From assembly GCA_965219635.1 (NCBI GenBank), contig OZ244783.1:2521983-2585982 (forward strand): a stretch of DNA of 64,000 nucleotides, given 5' to 3'. The translations under genes and the position numbers were made by a program. The number at the start of each line of letters is the position of its first letter. Within the stretch, counting starts at the first letter, position 1. Shown piece by piece: positions 48,428 to 62,700 of the stretch. The notes below the pieces were generated by a model. That model had not been told where the DNA came from, ran no database searches, and saw only the letters and a list, made by a program, of their open reading frames with translations. This DNA comes from Paracoccaceae bacterium. Its GTDB lineage: Bacteria > Pseudomonadota > Alphaproteobacteria > Rhodobacterales > Rhodobacteraceae.

Positions 48428-49302
48428 TGGATGGAATGAAAGCGACCATGGCCAGCCTCATGCTGCGCTACGTTCTGCTTTGCTGGATTGCCCTCGTATT
48501 CCTGTTTCCGATTGTATTCATGATTGTCTCGTCGCTGAAGCCTGACCTTCAGTTGCTCAGGGACAGTTCCTCATTTGCTGCATTCCTGCCTGTAGGCGAC
48601 ATTTCCCTCAACAATTACGCCAGCGCCTTCGAACGGGCGCCCATCCTGCGCTTCATCGGCAACTCGATATTCATCACTGCCGTGACCATGACCCTGTCAC
48701 TGTTCCTGTGTTCGCTGGCTGCATTCAGTTTCGTTTTCCTGACCTGGCGCGGACGAACCGTGGTGATGTCTGTGATACTAGCAACCTACATCGTTCCGTT
48801 CGAAGCGATCGCCATTCCGTTGCTTCTGATCGTCAACGAATTGCCCTGGCTGGGGTTTGACGGGTTCAGATGGGGTTGGCTGAACTCCTACCAGGTTCAG
48901 ATCATCCCCTGGATTGCTGATGCGCTGACGATCTTCCTGTTCGTCCAGTATTTCAAGGATCTGCCGCGCGAGCTGGTCGAGGCTGCGCGCGTGGATGGCG
49001 CGAAATGGTTCCAGATTTACCGCCGCGTGATCATTCCCCTATCCGGACCGATCTTTGCAACAGCAGCGATCCTGAAGTTCCTGATGATGTACAACAACCA
49101 GTTCATCTGGCCGGTCATGGTCGTGCAGCAGGAAGAACTGAGGCCCATCATGGTTGGGTTGTTGTACTTCTTTCAGCTGAATGTCGCCTGGGGGGAAGTG
49201 ATGGCCTACCTTTCGATCATCACAATACCCGTACTGGCCTTCTATCTGAGTCTGCAACGCGCCTTCATCGCGTCGGTAGCAAACACTGGAATCAAGGGAT
49301 AA
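48427..49302 (+). CDS. Carbohydrate ABC transporter permease (MalG/UgpE-like)
   Basis: Track ORF trimmed to ATG 48427 (ATGA overlap with the upstream stop): MDGMKATMASLMLRYVLLCWIALVFLFP...; EAARVDGAKWFQIYRRVIIPL loop; 291 aa. Confidence 0.85.
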   Translation: MDGMKATMASLMLRYVLLCWIALVFLFPIVFMIVSSLKPDLQLLRDSSSFAAFLPVGDISLNNYASAFERAPILRFIGNSIFITAVTMTLSLFLCSLAAFSFVFLTWRGRTVVMSVILATYIVPFEAIAIPLLLIVNELPWLGFDGFRWGWLNSYQVQIIPWIADALTIFLFVQYFKDLPRELVEAARVDGAKWFQIYRRVIIPLSGPIFATAAILKFLMMYNNQFIWPVMVVQQEELRPIMVGLLYFFQLNVAWGEVMAYLSIITIPVLAFYLSLQRAFIASVANTGIKG

Positions 49303-49308
49303 TCGAAG

Positions 49309-50304
49309 ATGGGCGAGGTCAAATTCGAAGGGGTGACCAAGTCCTTCGGGACGGTGCAGGTAGTCCCAAAACTCGACCTGAAAATCAAGGACGGCTCGTT
49401 TTCGGTGCTTGTTGGCCCCTCTGGCTGCGGCAAGTCAACGCTGTTGCGCATCGTATCGGGCCTGGAGACCGCAACATCCGGAAAGGTCTTTATCGGCGAT
49501 ACCGACGTCACCGACAGGGAGCCATCAGAGCGATCGATTGCAATGGTCTTTCAGTCCTACGCACTCTATCCACACATGACAGTAGCGGAGAATATCGGCT
49601 TCGGACTCATGCTGGCCAGGAGGCCAAAGGCTGAGATTGAGGAAGCCGTCAGGCAGGCTGCAGGCATCTTGCGGCTGGAACAGTTGCTCGACCGCAAACC
49701 GAAGGCCCTGTCAGGCGGCCAGCGGCAGCGGGTTGCCATCGGACGCGCAATCGTGAGGAAGCCCAAGGTCTTTCTGTTTGATGAACCCCTGTCAAACCTT
49801 GATGCGGCACTGCGCGCCGAAATGCGGGTTGAACTCTCAGAACTGCATGCGCGGATCGGAGCAACGATGATCTATGTGACACATGATCAGGTCGAGGCAA
49901 TGACGATGGCCGATGACATCATCAGCCTCAACGAGGGCAGGATTGAACAGCAGGGCCCGCCGATGGCGCTGTATCAGCAGCCACTCACGCCATTCGTTGC
50001 GGGCTTTATCGGCTCACCGAAGATGAACCTGAAAGAGGGCAAGCTGGCGCAGCAGCACAATTGCGAAGTTTACGGCATCCGCCCGGAGCACATCGAGTTT
50101 TCGGATGCGGAAGATGCTTGGGCGGTCCGGGTCAAACTGGTGGAGACACTGGGAGCCGAGTCCATCATCTATCTGCGATCCGAGGAATTCGGGGACCTTA
50201 CCATGCGTACCGACGGCTTGGTGACTCTTGAGGCAGGCGCCGAACTGAAGGTCAAGCCGAAGGCCGGGATGGAACACTGCTTCAAGGACGGACGCCGTAT
50301 CTGA
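49309..50304 (+). CDS. Carbohydrate ABC transporter ATP-binding protein (MalK/UgpC-like)
   Basis: 331 aa. GPSGCGKST, LSGGQRQRVAIGRA, FLFDEPLSNLD, and a C-terminal regulatory/TOBE-like domain. Confidence 0.88.
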   Translation: MGEVKFEGVTKSFGTVQVVPKLDLKIKDGSFSVLVGPSGCGKSTLLRIVSGLETATSGKVFIGDTDVTDREPSERSIAMVFQSYALYPHMTVAENIGFGLMLARRPKAEIEEAVRQAAGILRLEQLLDRKPKALSGGQRQRVAIGRAIVRKPKVFLFDEPLSNLDAALRAEMRVELSELHARIGATMIYVTHDQVEAMTMADDIISLNEGRIEQQGPPMALYQQPLTPFVAGFIGSPKMNLKEGKLAQQHNCEVYGIRPEHIEFSDAEDAWAVRVKLVETLGAESIIYLRSEEFGDLTMRTDGLVTLEAGAELKVKPKAGMEHCFKDGRRI

Positions 50305-50708
50305 AGTATTGCTGCCCAACCGGCTACTGGCAGCGAACGCGGCCAGCAGTCATGCCCGCGGTTAAGGCTTGAGGTGTCCGGGATCGCTTGCGCTGCTTAT
50401 ACGACGGGCTGACCCTATCCGTCCTATGCTCGAAGGTGAACCTCTGCCTTGAGTGAAGGCATCAGGTGGCAATGCGTGAGATCGAATTGCAGGGGATCAA
50501 ATCCCAAGCCCCAGAGCTTGGCCCATTGCTGCCGAGGACATCCACTTGGTCGCGGCGCCCTCCAAACCGGTCAGGAAACAGTTACTCCCGAACAGGTCGC
50601 CGGCATTGGCTGGCCGGCCCCGGAGTCGTTGCCGAACACCGGCCCTCAGCCAGAGAGTTTGACCGCAAAGCGGGTCGCAACGATCGCAAGTGCGTGCCGT
50701 CTCCCCGA

Positions 50709-53700
50709 TCAAAAGTCCCAATGCACCCCAACGCCAATACGGGTATCAGGGTCGACGGACTCAACATGCTCACCTCTAAATGTGGCAGCCAGACCGCCCG
50801 GCAGTTCAAATCCAACCCCTGCCCCATAGAGTGGGACTTCTTCCTCACCTGTCGTGAGCCTAGCGTCCGCAGACAGCGTCAGCAGACCCGACATCATACC
50901 GAAACCGTAGCCAGCTTGCGCCGCCAATGTACCTGGGGTCAGTTGTGAATTGCCGTTTCCTTGCTGGAATATCGTGTCATCGGACAAGACATCCTCTTGC
51001 TGCGTCCCCCATTCCTGGCGAAGCGACATAGACAACCCACGGCCACGAGCTTCTGGCGCAAGCCGCGCACTGATGCTCAACCCCCATTCGCGTTGGCCAT
51101 CTTCCGTGTGGGTTGCCAGCCAATTTCCGCTGGCATCAACGCTAAGCCGGGAGTGAGGCGCGTGCAGCCTAAGCCCGCCACCTACTTCAACTCCGGCGCC
51201 AGTTACTCCATCGCCACCATCCCAACGCAGCGACAGCGAGCCGCGCGGTGAAAGCATCCACCCGGAGTCCGGAAGCGCAACTCCAGCATGTACAGCTTCA
51301 ATGCCTCCAGTTGCCCGCCAGCTTGTTGCGTCGAGATTTCCGATTGCTGATGTCTCCGGCCCCTGGGTCTCCATCCGCGCCATTTCTACTCCAACGGGCA
51401 CCGAGAAAGTCACCAGGCCTTGCCTTGCCACGGCCCAACGGGCCCCCAGCGAAGCTGCCCTGAAGTCCAGGTCGGCAGTTGATACTTCACCATCCGCAGA
51501 ACGGTGCCTTGCCTCACCGCTACCGTACCCGACCACTGCCCGGACTGACCCGGAGCCATTCGGCAGTGTCAATTGCATATACGGCCAAGCAACTGTCAAC
51601 GAGGTGTCGAAACGAGCGTTTCCTGCCATTGTGAGGGAGTCAGTCTCGCCACGGCTCCTTGAAATCGCAACGCCAGCGAGCAGACGCTCACTCGCCCATG
51701 TGTCAAACCCAAGCCAAGCCGACTTTACAGTGCCGTCCAAACTGCCCAGTTCGGTTCTTCCCTGGAAGCGCCGGTAATCGCCCCGGCCCCAAACTGTCCA
51801 GCCTCCGTAATGTTCGCCTGCATCCTCCTCGCTCAGCGAAAGCGTGAAGGCGCTGCCGTCAAGCATCTCTGCATCTTCAATCGAACGGTAATACCCATCC
51901 GACGCCCGGCCTCCAGACCACCAGCCGCCAGTCTCCTGTCCGGGTGTCAAGTTCAAGTTCTTCAACGCTGTTGAGCCGTCGATCTGTCGGCCGCCTAACG
52001 TCAAGGAATTGGTTCCTGGCGTCGAGCCTAAACGCACATCGATGACACTGTTCATGCTTGCAAGCGTCACCCTGGCGACCTCGGATAGCACAACCCTTGC
52101 CGACTGCTTTTCATCTTCCAGCGATGCGGCCTCCACTGTGATGGCAAATGTCAAGCTGACTGCGTCGCCATCCGCATCAGTGGCTGTGTAGGTGTAAGTG
52201 GTTGCCGGCTGCGCAACTGTAGGCGTGCCCGAGAGTTCGCGTGTCCCGGCTTTGAATGCCAATCCTGCTGGCAGATCCGGTGCCAAACTGTAGGTGAACG
52301 GATTGTCGCCGCCTGCGGGCTCCGGCAATGCCTCTGCCTCAACCTCTGTGTTTACCGTGTATGTCTTGTCTTCGATCGATACTCCGGCAAATGACGGCAA
52401 CAGGTCGAGTCTCCCGCTGATCGTTTCGCTTGCAGCATTACCATTTCCTGCTGCATCCACTGCTACATCCGCCGCAACCGAAACGCTGTAGTTTGCCGTC
52501 GGTGTGATCGTCGCCGTCCACACCGTATTCGCCGTTGTCTCTTCGAAGTCGGTTACCGTTGCGCCAGTCAGCGTAATGTCGTCAATCTCAAATCCACTCA
52601 CCACCTTCGAAAAAGTGAAGGTCGCCGTGAATGCTTCACTTGCCGCCTCCGGCACGCCGGATATCTCCACGGTAGGCGGCGTGATATCGTAGATGCCACT
52701 AACCGCCTCCGCAGCCGTGTTGCCATTGCCCGCATCATCTGCGGCGACATACTCTGCAACCGATACACTGAAATTTTCTGTTGGTGTGACCGTTGCAGTC
52801 CACACCCTTCCCGCTGTCGTCTCAGTGAATTCGCTCACTGATCCTCCACTCACCGAAATATCACGGTCAACGAAGCCGTTCACCGTCTCGGAAAAAGTGA
52901 CCGTCACCGTAAACGGTCCATTCGTTGCCACGGGCACACCGGCAATCGTCACGCCTGGCCTTATCGCGTCAAAGGTGCCGCTGACCGCCTCCGCTGCCGT
53001 ATTGCCATTCCCTGCTACATCCGTCGCTGCATTTGCCGCAACCCATACGCTGTAGTTCGCCGTCGGCATTATTGTCGCCGTCCAGGTTGTGCCCGCCCTT
53101 GTCTCGGTGAAGTTGCTGGCGGTAGCCCCGCTCAGTCCGATGTCACCCACTTCAAAGCCATCTATTGCCTCAGAAAAGGCAAAGGTCGCCGTAAACGTAC
53201 CATTCGTCAGTGCCGGCACGCCTGTTATCGTTACCGTCGGTGATGCCGTGTCATAGACGCCGCTCGCCGTTGCCGATGCTGTGTTGCCGTTGCCCGCAGC
53301 ATCCATTGCGGCATCCGCCGCTACCGAAATGCTGTAGTCTGTCGATGGTGTGATCCTGGCTGTCCACACCCTCCCGAATGTGGTCTCCGTGAAGTTGCTC
53401 GCGGTGCCGCCGCTCACCGTGATGTCTCCGGCAACAAAGTCGTTAACCTCTTCAGTGAAGGTGAAGGTTGCAGTAAAGGCTCCGTTCGTCGCGGCCGGAA
53501 CGCCTGAAATCGACACGCCAGGCCTTGCAGTGTCATAAACTCCGCTTGCTGTGGCCGATGCCGTATTGTTATTGCCCGCATCATCCGTCGCAACATTCTC
53601 CGCAACCGAAACGCTGTAGTTCGCTGTCGGCGTGATCTCCGCCGTCCATACCTGTCCCGTCGTCGTCTCCGTGAACCGGCCGGCCGTGCCACCGCTCACC

Positions 53701-56700
53701 GTGATGTCGCCGACAACAAAGTCGTTAACCCTCTCCGTGAATGTGAAGGTCGCCGTAAACGGCCCGTTCGTGGCAGCTGGCACATCTGAAATCGTGACGC
53801 CCGGCCTTGCAGTATCATAAACTCCGCTTGCGGCGGCTGATGCCGTGTTGCGGTTGCCCGCATCATCCGTTGCAACATTCTCCGCAACCGAAACGCTGAA
53901 ATTCCTCGTCGGCGTGATCACCGCCGTCCAAGTCGTGTCCGCCCTTGTCTCCGTGAAGTTGCTCACCGAGCCTCCGTTCACCGAGATGTCGCTGGCAACA
54001 AATCCGTTAACTTTCTCCGTGAAGTTGAAGGTCGCGGTAAAGGCTCCGTTCGTCGCAGCCGGAACACCGGAAATCGTCACGCCAGGCCTATCGATGTCAA
54101 AGACGCCAGTGATCGCCGTCGCAGCTAAGTTGCCATTGCCCGCATCATCCGTTGCAACATTCTCCGCAACCGAAACGCTGAAATTCCTCGTCGGCGTGAT
54201 CACCGCCGTCCATACCCGTCCTGTCGTGGTCTCTCTGAAGTCGCCCGCCGTGCTTCCGCTCACCGAAATATCGCTAACAGCAAAATCGTTCACCTCCTCC
54301 GTAAAGGTGAAGGTCGCCGTAAACGGCCCGTTCGTGGCGGTCGGCACGCCGGAAATCGTGACGCCCGGCCTTTCGGTGTCATACACACCGCTTGCCGTGG
54401 CTGATGCCGTGTTGTTGTTGCCGGCATCATCCGTCGCAACATTCGCCGCTACCGAGACACTGTAGTCTGCTATCGGCGTGATCTGCGCCGTCCATACCTG
54501 TCCCGTCGTCGCCTCCGTGAACTGGCTGGCCGTGCCTCCACTCACCGTGATGTCACCGACAACAAAGTCGTTCACCTTCTCCGTAAAGGTGAAGGTCGCC
54601 GTAAACGGCCCGTTCGTCGTAGCCGGAACGCCGGAAATCGATACGCCTGGCCTTGCAGTGTCATAGACTCCGCTTGCCGTGGCTGATGCGGTGTTGCTGT
54701 TGCCGGCATCATCCGTCGCGACATTCTCCCCAACCGAAACGCTGAAATTCCTCGTCGGCGTGATCACCGCCGTCCAGGTCGTGTCCGCCCTTGTCTCCGT
54801 GAAGTTGCTCACCGAGCCTCCGTTCACCGAGATGTCGCTGGCAACAAATCCGTTAACTTCCTCCGTGAAGGTGAAGGTCGCGGTAAAGGCTCCGTTCGTC
54901 GCAGCCGGAACACCGGAAATCGTTACTCCTGGCCTTGCAGTGTCATAGACTCCGCTGACCGCTGTTGCTGCTGTGTTGCCATTGCCGGCATCATCCGTCG
55001 CAGCATTCGCCGCTACCGAAACGCTGAAATTCCTCGTCGGCGTGATCTCGGCCGTCCATACCCGTCCCGTCGTCGTCTCCTTGAAATCGCCCGCCGTGCC
55101 ACCGCTCACCGTGATGCCACGCACAACAAAGCCGTTCACTTTCTCCGTAAAGGTGAATGTCGCCGTAAACGGCCCGTTCGTCGCTGCCGGAACGCCCGAA
55201 ATCGTCACGCTAGGCCTACCGGTGTCATAGACGCCAGTGACCGCAGCAGCAGCTGTGTTGCCATTGCCCGCATCATCCGTTGCTACATTCTGCGCAACCG
55301 AAACGCTGTAGTTCGCTGTCGGCGTGATTTCCGCCGTCCATACCGTTCCCGTCGTTGTCTCCGTGAACCGGCCCGCCGTGCCTCCATTCACCGTGATGTC
55401 GCCGAGAACAAAGCCGTTCACCTTCTCCGTAAAGGTGAAGGTCGCCGTAAACGGTCCGTTCGTCGCAGCCGGAACACCCGAAATCGTCACGCCTGGCCTC
55501 GCAGTGTCATACACGCCGCTTGCCGTGGCTGATGCCGTGTTGCTGTTGCTCGCATCATCCGTCGCAACATTCTCCGCAACCGAAACGCTGTAATTCGCTG
55601 TCGGGGTGATCCTGGCCGTCCATACCGTTCCAGCCGTCACAACCGCGAAGTTGCTCACAGAAGCCCCGTTCACCGTGATGTCGCTGGAAACAAAGCCGTT
55701 CACCTTCTCCGTAAAGGTGAAGGTCACCGTAAAGGCCCCGTTCGTCGTAGCCGGAACGCCGGAAATCGACACCCTTGGCCTATCAGTGTCATACACTCCA
55801 GTGACCGCCGCCGCCGCAGTGTTGCCATTGCCCGCAGCATCTTCCGCAACATCCGCCGCAACCGATACACTGTAGTTCGCTGTCGGCGTGATTTCTGCCG
55901 TCCATACTCTTCCCGTCGTCGCCTCCGTGAAGTCGCCCGCCGTGCCTCCATCCACCGTGATGTCGCCGATAACAAAGCCGTTCACCTTTTCCGTAAAGGT
56001 AAAGGTCGCCGTAAACGGACCGTTCGTCGCTGCCGGCACGCCGGAAATCGTCACGCCTGGCCTTGCAGTGTCATACACGCCGCTTGCCGTGGCTGATGCC
56101 GTGTTGCTGTTGCCCGCATCATCCGTCGCAACATTCTCCGCAACCGAAACGCTGTAATTCGCCGTCGGTGTGATCCTGGCCGTCCATACCGTTCCAGCCG
56201 TCACAACCGCGAAGTTGCTCACAGAACCCCCGTTCACCGTGATGTCGCTGGAAACAAAGCCGTTCATCTTCTCCGTGAAGGTAAAGGTCGCCGTAAAGGC
56301 CCCGTTCGTCGTAGCCGGAACACCGGAAATCGTCACGCCTGGCCTACCGGTGTCATAGACGCCAGTGATCGCCGCCGCCGCAGTGTTGCCATTGCCCGCA
56401 GCATCTTCCGCAACATCCGCCGCAACCGATACACTGTAGTTCGTTGGGGGATTACCTGTGCCGCTCGGCGTAATTTCCGCAGTCCAGACAGTTCCCGCCG
56501 CCGCATTGCCATCCACCGCGAAGTTGCCCGCCGTGCCGCCGCCAACCGTGATGTCGCCAACCTCGAACCCTGTCACAGCCTCCGAAAAGGTAAAGGTCGC
56601 CGTGAACGCACCGTTCGCCGCAGCCGGAACGCCCGTGATGGTCACCGTCGGTGATGCCGTATCATAGACGCCACTTGACGTCGCCGATGCCGTGTTGCCA

Positions 56701-59700
56701 TTGCCCGCAGCATCTTCCGCAACACCCGCCGCAACCGAAACAGTATAGTCAGCCGTCGGCGTAATTTCCGCAGTCCAGACAGTTCCGGCCGCCGCATTGC
56801 CATCCACCGCGAAGTTGCCCGCCGTGCCGCCGCCAACCGTGATGTCGCCAACCTCGAACCCTGTCACAGCCTCCGAAAAGGTAAAGGTCGCCGTGAAGGC
56901 CACGTTCGTCACAGCCGGAACGCCGGAAATCGTCACGCCTGGCCTACCGGTGTCATAGACGCCACTTGACGTCGCCGATGCCGTGTTGCCATTGCCCGCA
57001 GCATCTTCCGCAACACCCGCCGCAACCGAAACAGTATAGTCAGCCGTCGGCGTGATTTCCGCAGTCCAGACAGTTCCAGCCTCCGCGTTGGCATCCACCG
57101 CGAAGTTGCCCGCCGTGCCGCCGCCAACCGTGATGTCGCCAACCTCAAACCCTGTCACCGCCTCTGAAAACGTAAAGGTCGCCGTGAACGCACCGTTCGC
57201 CGCCGCTGGGACACCCGTGATCGTCACCGTCGGCGCCACCGTTTCATAGACGCCTGTGACCGCCGTCGCAGCTGTGTTGCCATTGCCAGCGTCATCCGTT
57301 GCAACATTCTCCGCAACCGACACACTGTAGTTCGTTGGCGGATCTCCGGTGCCGCTCGGCGTAATCTCCGCCGTCCAGACAGTTCCGGCCGCCGCATTGC
57401 CATCCACCGCGAAGTTGCCCGCCGTGCCGCCGCCAACCGTGATGTCGCCAACCTCGAACCCTGTCACAGCCTCCGTGAAGGTAATGGTCGCGGTGAAGGC
57501 CCCATTCGTCGCAGCCGGAACGCCGGAAATCGTCACGCCTGGCCTACCGGTGTCATAGACGCCACTTGACGTCGCCGATGCCGTGTTGCCATTGCCCGCA
57601 GCATCTTCCGCAACACCCGCCGCAACCGACACGCTGTAGTCAGCCGTCGGCGTGATCTCCGCCGTCCAGACAGTTCCCGACGCCGCATTGCCATCCACCG
57701 CGAAGTTGCCCGCCGTGCCGCCGCCAACCGTGATGTCGCCAACCTCAAACCCTGTCATAGCCTCCGAAAAGGTAAAGGTCGCCGTGAACGCTCCATTCGC
57801 CGCCGCCGGAACGCCCGTGATGGTCACCGTCGGGGATGCCGTGTCAAAGACGCCACTTGACGTCGCCGATGCCGTGTTGCCATTACCCGCAGCATCTTCC
57901 GCAACATCCGCCGCAACTGAAACAGTATAGTCCGCTGTAGGTGTGATCTCCGCCGTCCAGACAGTTCCGGCTTCCGCATTGCCATCGACCGCGAAGTTGC
58001 CCGCCGTGCCACCGCCAACCGTGATGTCGCCAACCTCGAAGCCGGTTACCGCCTCCGAGAAGGTAAAGGTCGCCGTGAAGGCGCCGTTCGCTGCCGCTGG
58101 AACGCCCGTAATGGTCACCGTCGGGGATGCCGTGTCAAAGACGCCACTTGACGTCGCCGATGCCGTGTTGCCGTTGCCCGCAGCATCTTCCGCAACATCC
58201 GCCGCAACAGAAACAGTATAGTCCGCTGTCGGCGTGATTTCCGCACTCCAGGCCGTGCCCGCCGTCACAACCGCGAAGTTGCCCGCCGTGCCGCCGCCAA
58301 CCGTGATGTCGCCAACCTCGAAGCCGGTCACCGCCTCTGAAAACGTAAAGGTCGCCGTGAACACTCCATTCGCTGCCGCTGGAACGCCCGTGATCGTCAC
58401 CGTCGGGGATGCCGTGTCAAAGACGCCACTTGACGTCGCCGATGCCGTGTTGCCGTTGCCCGCAGCATCTTCCGCAACATCCGCCGCAACAGAAACAGTA
58501 TAGTCCGCTGTCGGCGTGATTTCCGCACTCCAGGCCGTGCCCGCCGTCACAACCGCGAAGTTGCCCGCCGTGCCGCCGCCAACCGTGATGTCGCCAACCT
58601 CGAAGCCGGTCACCGCCTCTGAAAACGTAAAGGTCGCCGTGAACACTCCATTCGCTGCCGCTGGAACGCCCGTGATCGTCACCGTCGGGGATGCCGTGTC
58701 AAAGACGCCACTTGACGTCGCCGATGCCGTGTTGCCGTTGCCGGCGGCATCTTCCGCAACATCCGTTGCGACCGACACGCTGTAGTCAGCCGTCGGCGTG
58801 ATCTCCGCCGTCCAGACAGTTCCGGCCGCCGCATTGTCATCCACCGCGAAGTTGCCCGCCGTGCCACCGCCAACCGTGATGTCGCCAACCTCGAAGCCGG
58901 TCACCGCCTCTGAAAACGTAAAGGTCGCCGTGAACACTCCATTCGCTGCCGCTGGAACGCCCGTGATGGTCACTGTCGGGGATGCCGTGTCAAAGACGCC
59001 ACTTGACGTCGCCGATGCCGTGTTGCCGTTGCCGGCGGCATCTTCAGCAACATCCGCCGCAACCGACACGCTGTAGTCAGCCGTCGGCGTGATCTCCGCA
59101 CTCCAGGCCGTGCCCGCCGTCACAACCGCGAAGTTGCCCGCCGTGCCGCCGCCAACCGTGATGTCGCCAACCTCAAAGCCGGTCACCGCCTCCGAAAACG
59201 TAAAGGTCGCGGTGAACGCTCCATTCGCCGCCGCCGGAACGCCCGTGATCGTCACCGTCGGTGATGCTGTGTCAAAGACGCCGCTCGCGTCTGTTGCCGC
59301 CGTGTTGCCGTTGCCCGCAGCATCTTCTGCAACATCCGCCGCAACCGACACGCTGTAGTCAGCCGTCGGCGTGATCTCAGCACTCCAGGCCGTGCCCGCC
59401 GTCACAACCGCGAAGTTGCCCGCAGTGCCTCCACTCACCGTGATGTCGCCAACCTCGAAGCCGGTCACCGCCTCCGAGAAGGTAAAGGTCGCCGTGAACG
59501 CGCCGTTCGTTGCGGCCGGAACGCCCGTGATCGTCACCGTCGGCGCCACCGTGTCATAGACGCCACTCTCCGTCGCCGATGCCGTGTTGCTGTTGCCCGT
59601 CGCATCCGCCGCAACATCGGCAGCCACCAAAACGCTGTAATTCGTTGGTGGATCGCCGTCGCCATCCGGAGTGATCAATGCCGTCCATACCGTTCCAGCC

Positions 59701-62700
59701 GTCACTACCGAGAGGTTGCCCGCAGTGCCGCCGCTCACCGTAATGTCGCCGATCTGGAAACCGGTCACGGTCTCCGAAAAAGTAAAGGTTGCCGTAAACG
59801 GTGCGTTGGTAGCATCGGGTACATCGGAAATCGTCACACTCGGCACAACATCAAACGTTCCGGTGATCGTGGTCGCTGCCGTATTACCGTTGCCTGCCGC
59901 ATCCTCGGCAACATTCGCCGCTACCGCCACGGTATAATCTGAAGGCGGATCTCCTGTACCGCTTGGAGTGATCTTGGCCGTCCACACAGTGCCAGGAGTT
60001 GCCTCCGTGAATTCACTCGCCGTTGCTCCAGTCAGAGTGATCTCGCCAACCTCAAATCCGGTCACAACCTCCGAAAAGGTAAAGGTCGCTGTGAATTCAG
60101 TATTCGCTGTCGCAAGTACGCCGGTAATCGTCACGCCAGGTTTCTGCGTGTCATACACGCCGCTCGCCGACGCCGCCGTACTGCCGTTCCCCGCTGCATC
60201 CGTTGCAGCATCCGCCGTTACCGACACGCTGTAGTTCGAAGGCGGATCGCCCGTGCCAGACGGTGTGATCGTTGCCGTCCACTCCGTTCCCGCCGACACC
60301 AGGGTGAAGTTGCCCGCAGACCCTCCACTCACCGAAATATCACCTGCCTCGAAACCGGTCACAGCCTCCGAGAATTCAAAGGTCGCCGTGAAAGGCAATG
60401 TGTTTGTCGCAGTTGGCACACCCTTGATCGTGACCGTCGGTGCCGTTGCGTCATAGTTGCCACTGACCGTTGTCGCGGCCGTGTTGCCGTTGCCCGCGGC
60501 ATCCGTTGCAACATCTGCAGCAACCGAAACGGTATAGTCCCCGCTTGGTGTGATCTCGACAGTCCAGACCGTCCCAGCCGTCGCCTCCGTGTCCGCCTCG
60601 AACTTGTCAGAAGCTGCATTGACCAAACCGATGTCACCCGCCTCGAAACCCATCACTGGCTCCGTGAATGTGAAGGTCGCCGTAAACGCTCCGTTCGTCA
60701 GCGTTGGCACACCGGAAATCGAAACGTCCGGTTTCGTCGCGTCATAGACACCAGTCGTCGAAGTGGCTGCCGTGTTGCCGTTGCCCGCGGCATCCGTCGC
60801 AATATCCGCAGCAACCGATACGGTATAGGCTCCGGTCGGTGTAATCTCGGCAGTCCAGACAGTTCCCGCCGTCGCCTCTGTGTCCTCCTCGAAGTCGTCC
60901 GACGTCGCATTGATCAGCCCAATGTCATCCTTCACGAAACCGGTCACCGGCTCCGTAAAGGTGAAGGTCGCGGTAAATGGGCCATTCGTTATAGCCGGCA
61001 CACCGGAAACCGTTACATCCGGTTTCGCTATGTCATAGTCGCCAGTCGCCGAAGTGGCCGCCGTGTTGCTGTTGCCAGCCGCATCCGTGGCAACGTCTGC
61101 TGCAACCGATACCGTGTAGTCTCCGCTCGGTGTGATCTCCGCCGTCCACACCGTTCCCGTCGTCTCTTCAGTGTCCTCCGCAAAATCGTCCGATGTGGCA
61201 TTCACCAGGCCAATGTCATCGTTCACGAAACCGGTCACCGGCTCCGTAAAGGTGAAGGTCGCGGTAAATGGGCCATTCGTTATAGCCGGCACGCCGGAAA
61301 TCGTCACATCCGGTTTCGCTATGTCATAGTCGCCAGTCGCCGAAGTGGCCGCCGTGTTGTTGTTGCCAGCCGCATCCGTGGCAACGTCTGCTGCAACCGA
61401 TACCGTGTAGTCTCCGCTCGGTGTGATCTCCGCCGTCCACACCGTTCCCGTCGTCTCTTCAGTGTCCTCCGCAAAATCGTCCGATGTGGCATTCACCAGG
61501 CCAATGTCATCGTTCACGAAACCAGTCACTGGCTCTGTGAAGGTAAAGGTCGCCGTAAACGGCCCATTTGTGACCGCTGGAACACCCGTAATCGTCACAT
61601 CGGGTTTCGTCGTATCATAGACGCCTGTCGCCGAAGTGGCCGCCGTGTTGCCATTGCCCGCGGCATCCGTGGCAACATCTGCTGCAACCGATACGGTATA
61701 GTCCCCGCTCGGTGTGATCTCCGCCGTCCAGACAGTTCCCGCAGTCGCTTCCGTGTCCTCCTCGAAGTCGTCCGATGTGGCATTCACCAGGCCGATGTCA
61801 TCCTTCACGAAACCCGTCACTGGCTCCGTGAAGGTAAAGGTCGCCGTAAACGGCCCATTCGTGACCGCTGGAGCACCCGTGATCGTCACATCCGGTTTCG
61901 TCGTGTCGAAGTCGCCTGTCGCCGAAGTGGCCGCCGTGTTGCCGTTGCCAGCCGCATCCGTGGCAACGCCTGACGCAACCGATACGGTATAATCTCCGCT
62001 CGGTGAAATCTTCGCTGTCCACACCGTTTCCGCCGTCGGGTCCTGGGTTTCCCGGAACTCGTCCGCCGTCGCATTGGTCAAGCCGATGTCACTCTCCTCA
62101 AAACCCGTTACCGGTTCGTCAAAGGTGAAGGTCGCCATAAACGGCCCGTTCGTTGTGGCAGGCACACCGGATATGGTTATGCTGGGAGCAACCGTATCGT
62201 AAGTGCCATTGGCATCCGCGGCTGTGTTGCCGTTACCAGTTGAATCCGTCGCAACACCCGCCGCAACCGATAAAGCATAGGCACCGGCCGGCGTGATCTC
62301 CGCCGTCCACACCGTTCCCGCCGTAGCATCCGTGTCTTCCTTGAAATCGTCCAATGTCGCATTGGTCAAGCCGATGTCACCGACCTCGAAACCCGTTACC
62401 GGTTCCGAGAAGGTGAACGTCGCCGTAAACGGCCCATTCGCCGCCGACGGCACGCCGGTAATCGTCAAAACAGGCGGCGGATCATGGATGCCACTCTCCA
62501 CACTTGAAGCCTCGTTGCCAACACCGTCCGCGTTCACCGCCACATTCGCCGCAACAGACAAACTGTAATCCAGAGACGGCGGCAAACCAGTCGGCGTAAT
62601 CGTTGCTGTCCAAACGGTTCCGGGCGTCGTCTCGGTGAAGTCGCCAAGTGTTGCTCCGCTCACCGTGATGTCGCCTTGCACAAATCCAGTGACGGCCTCA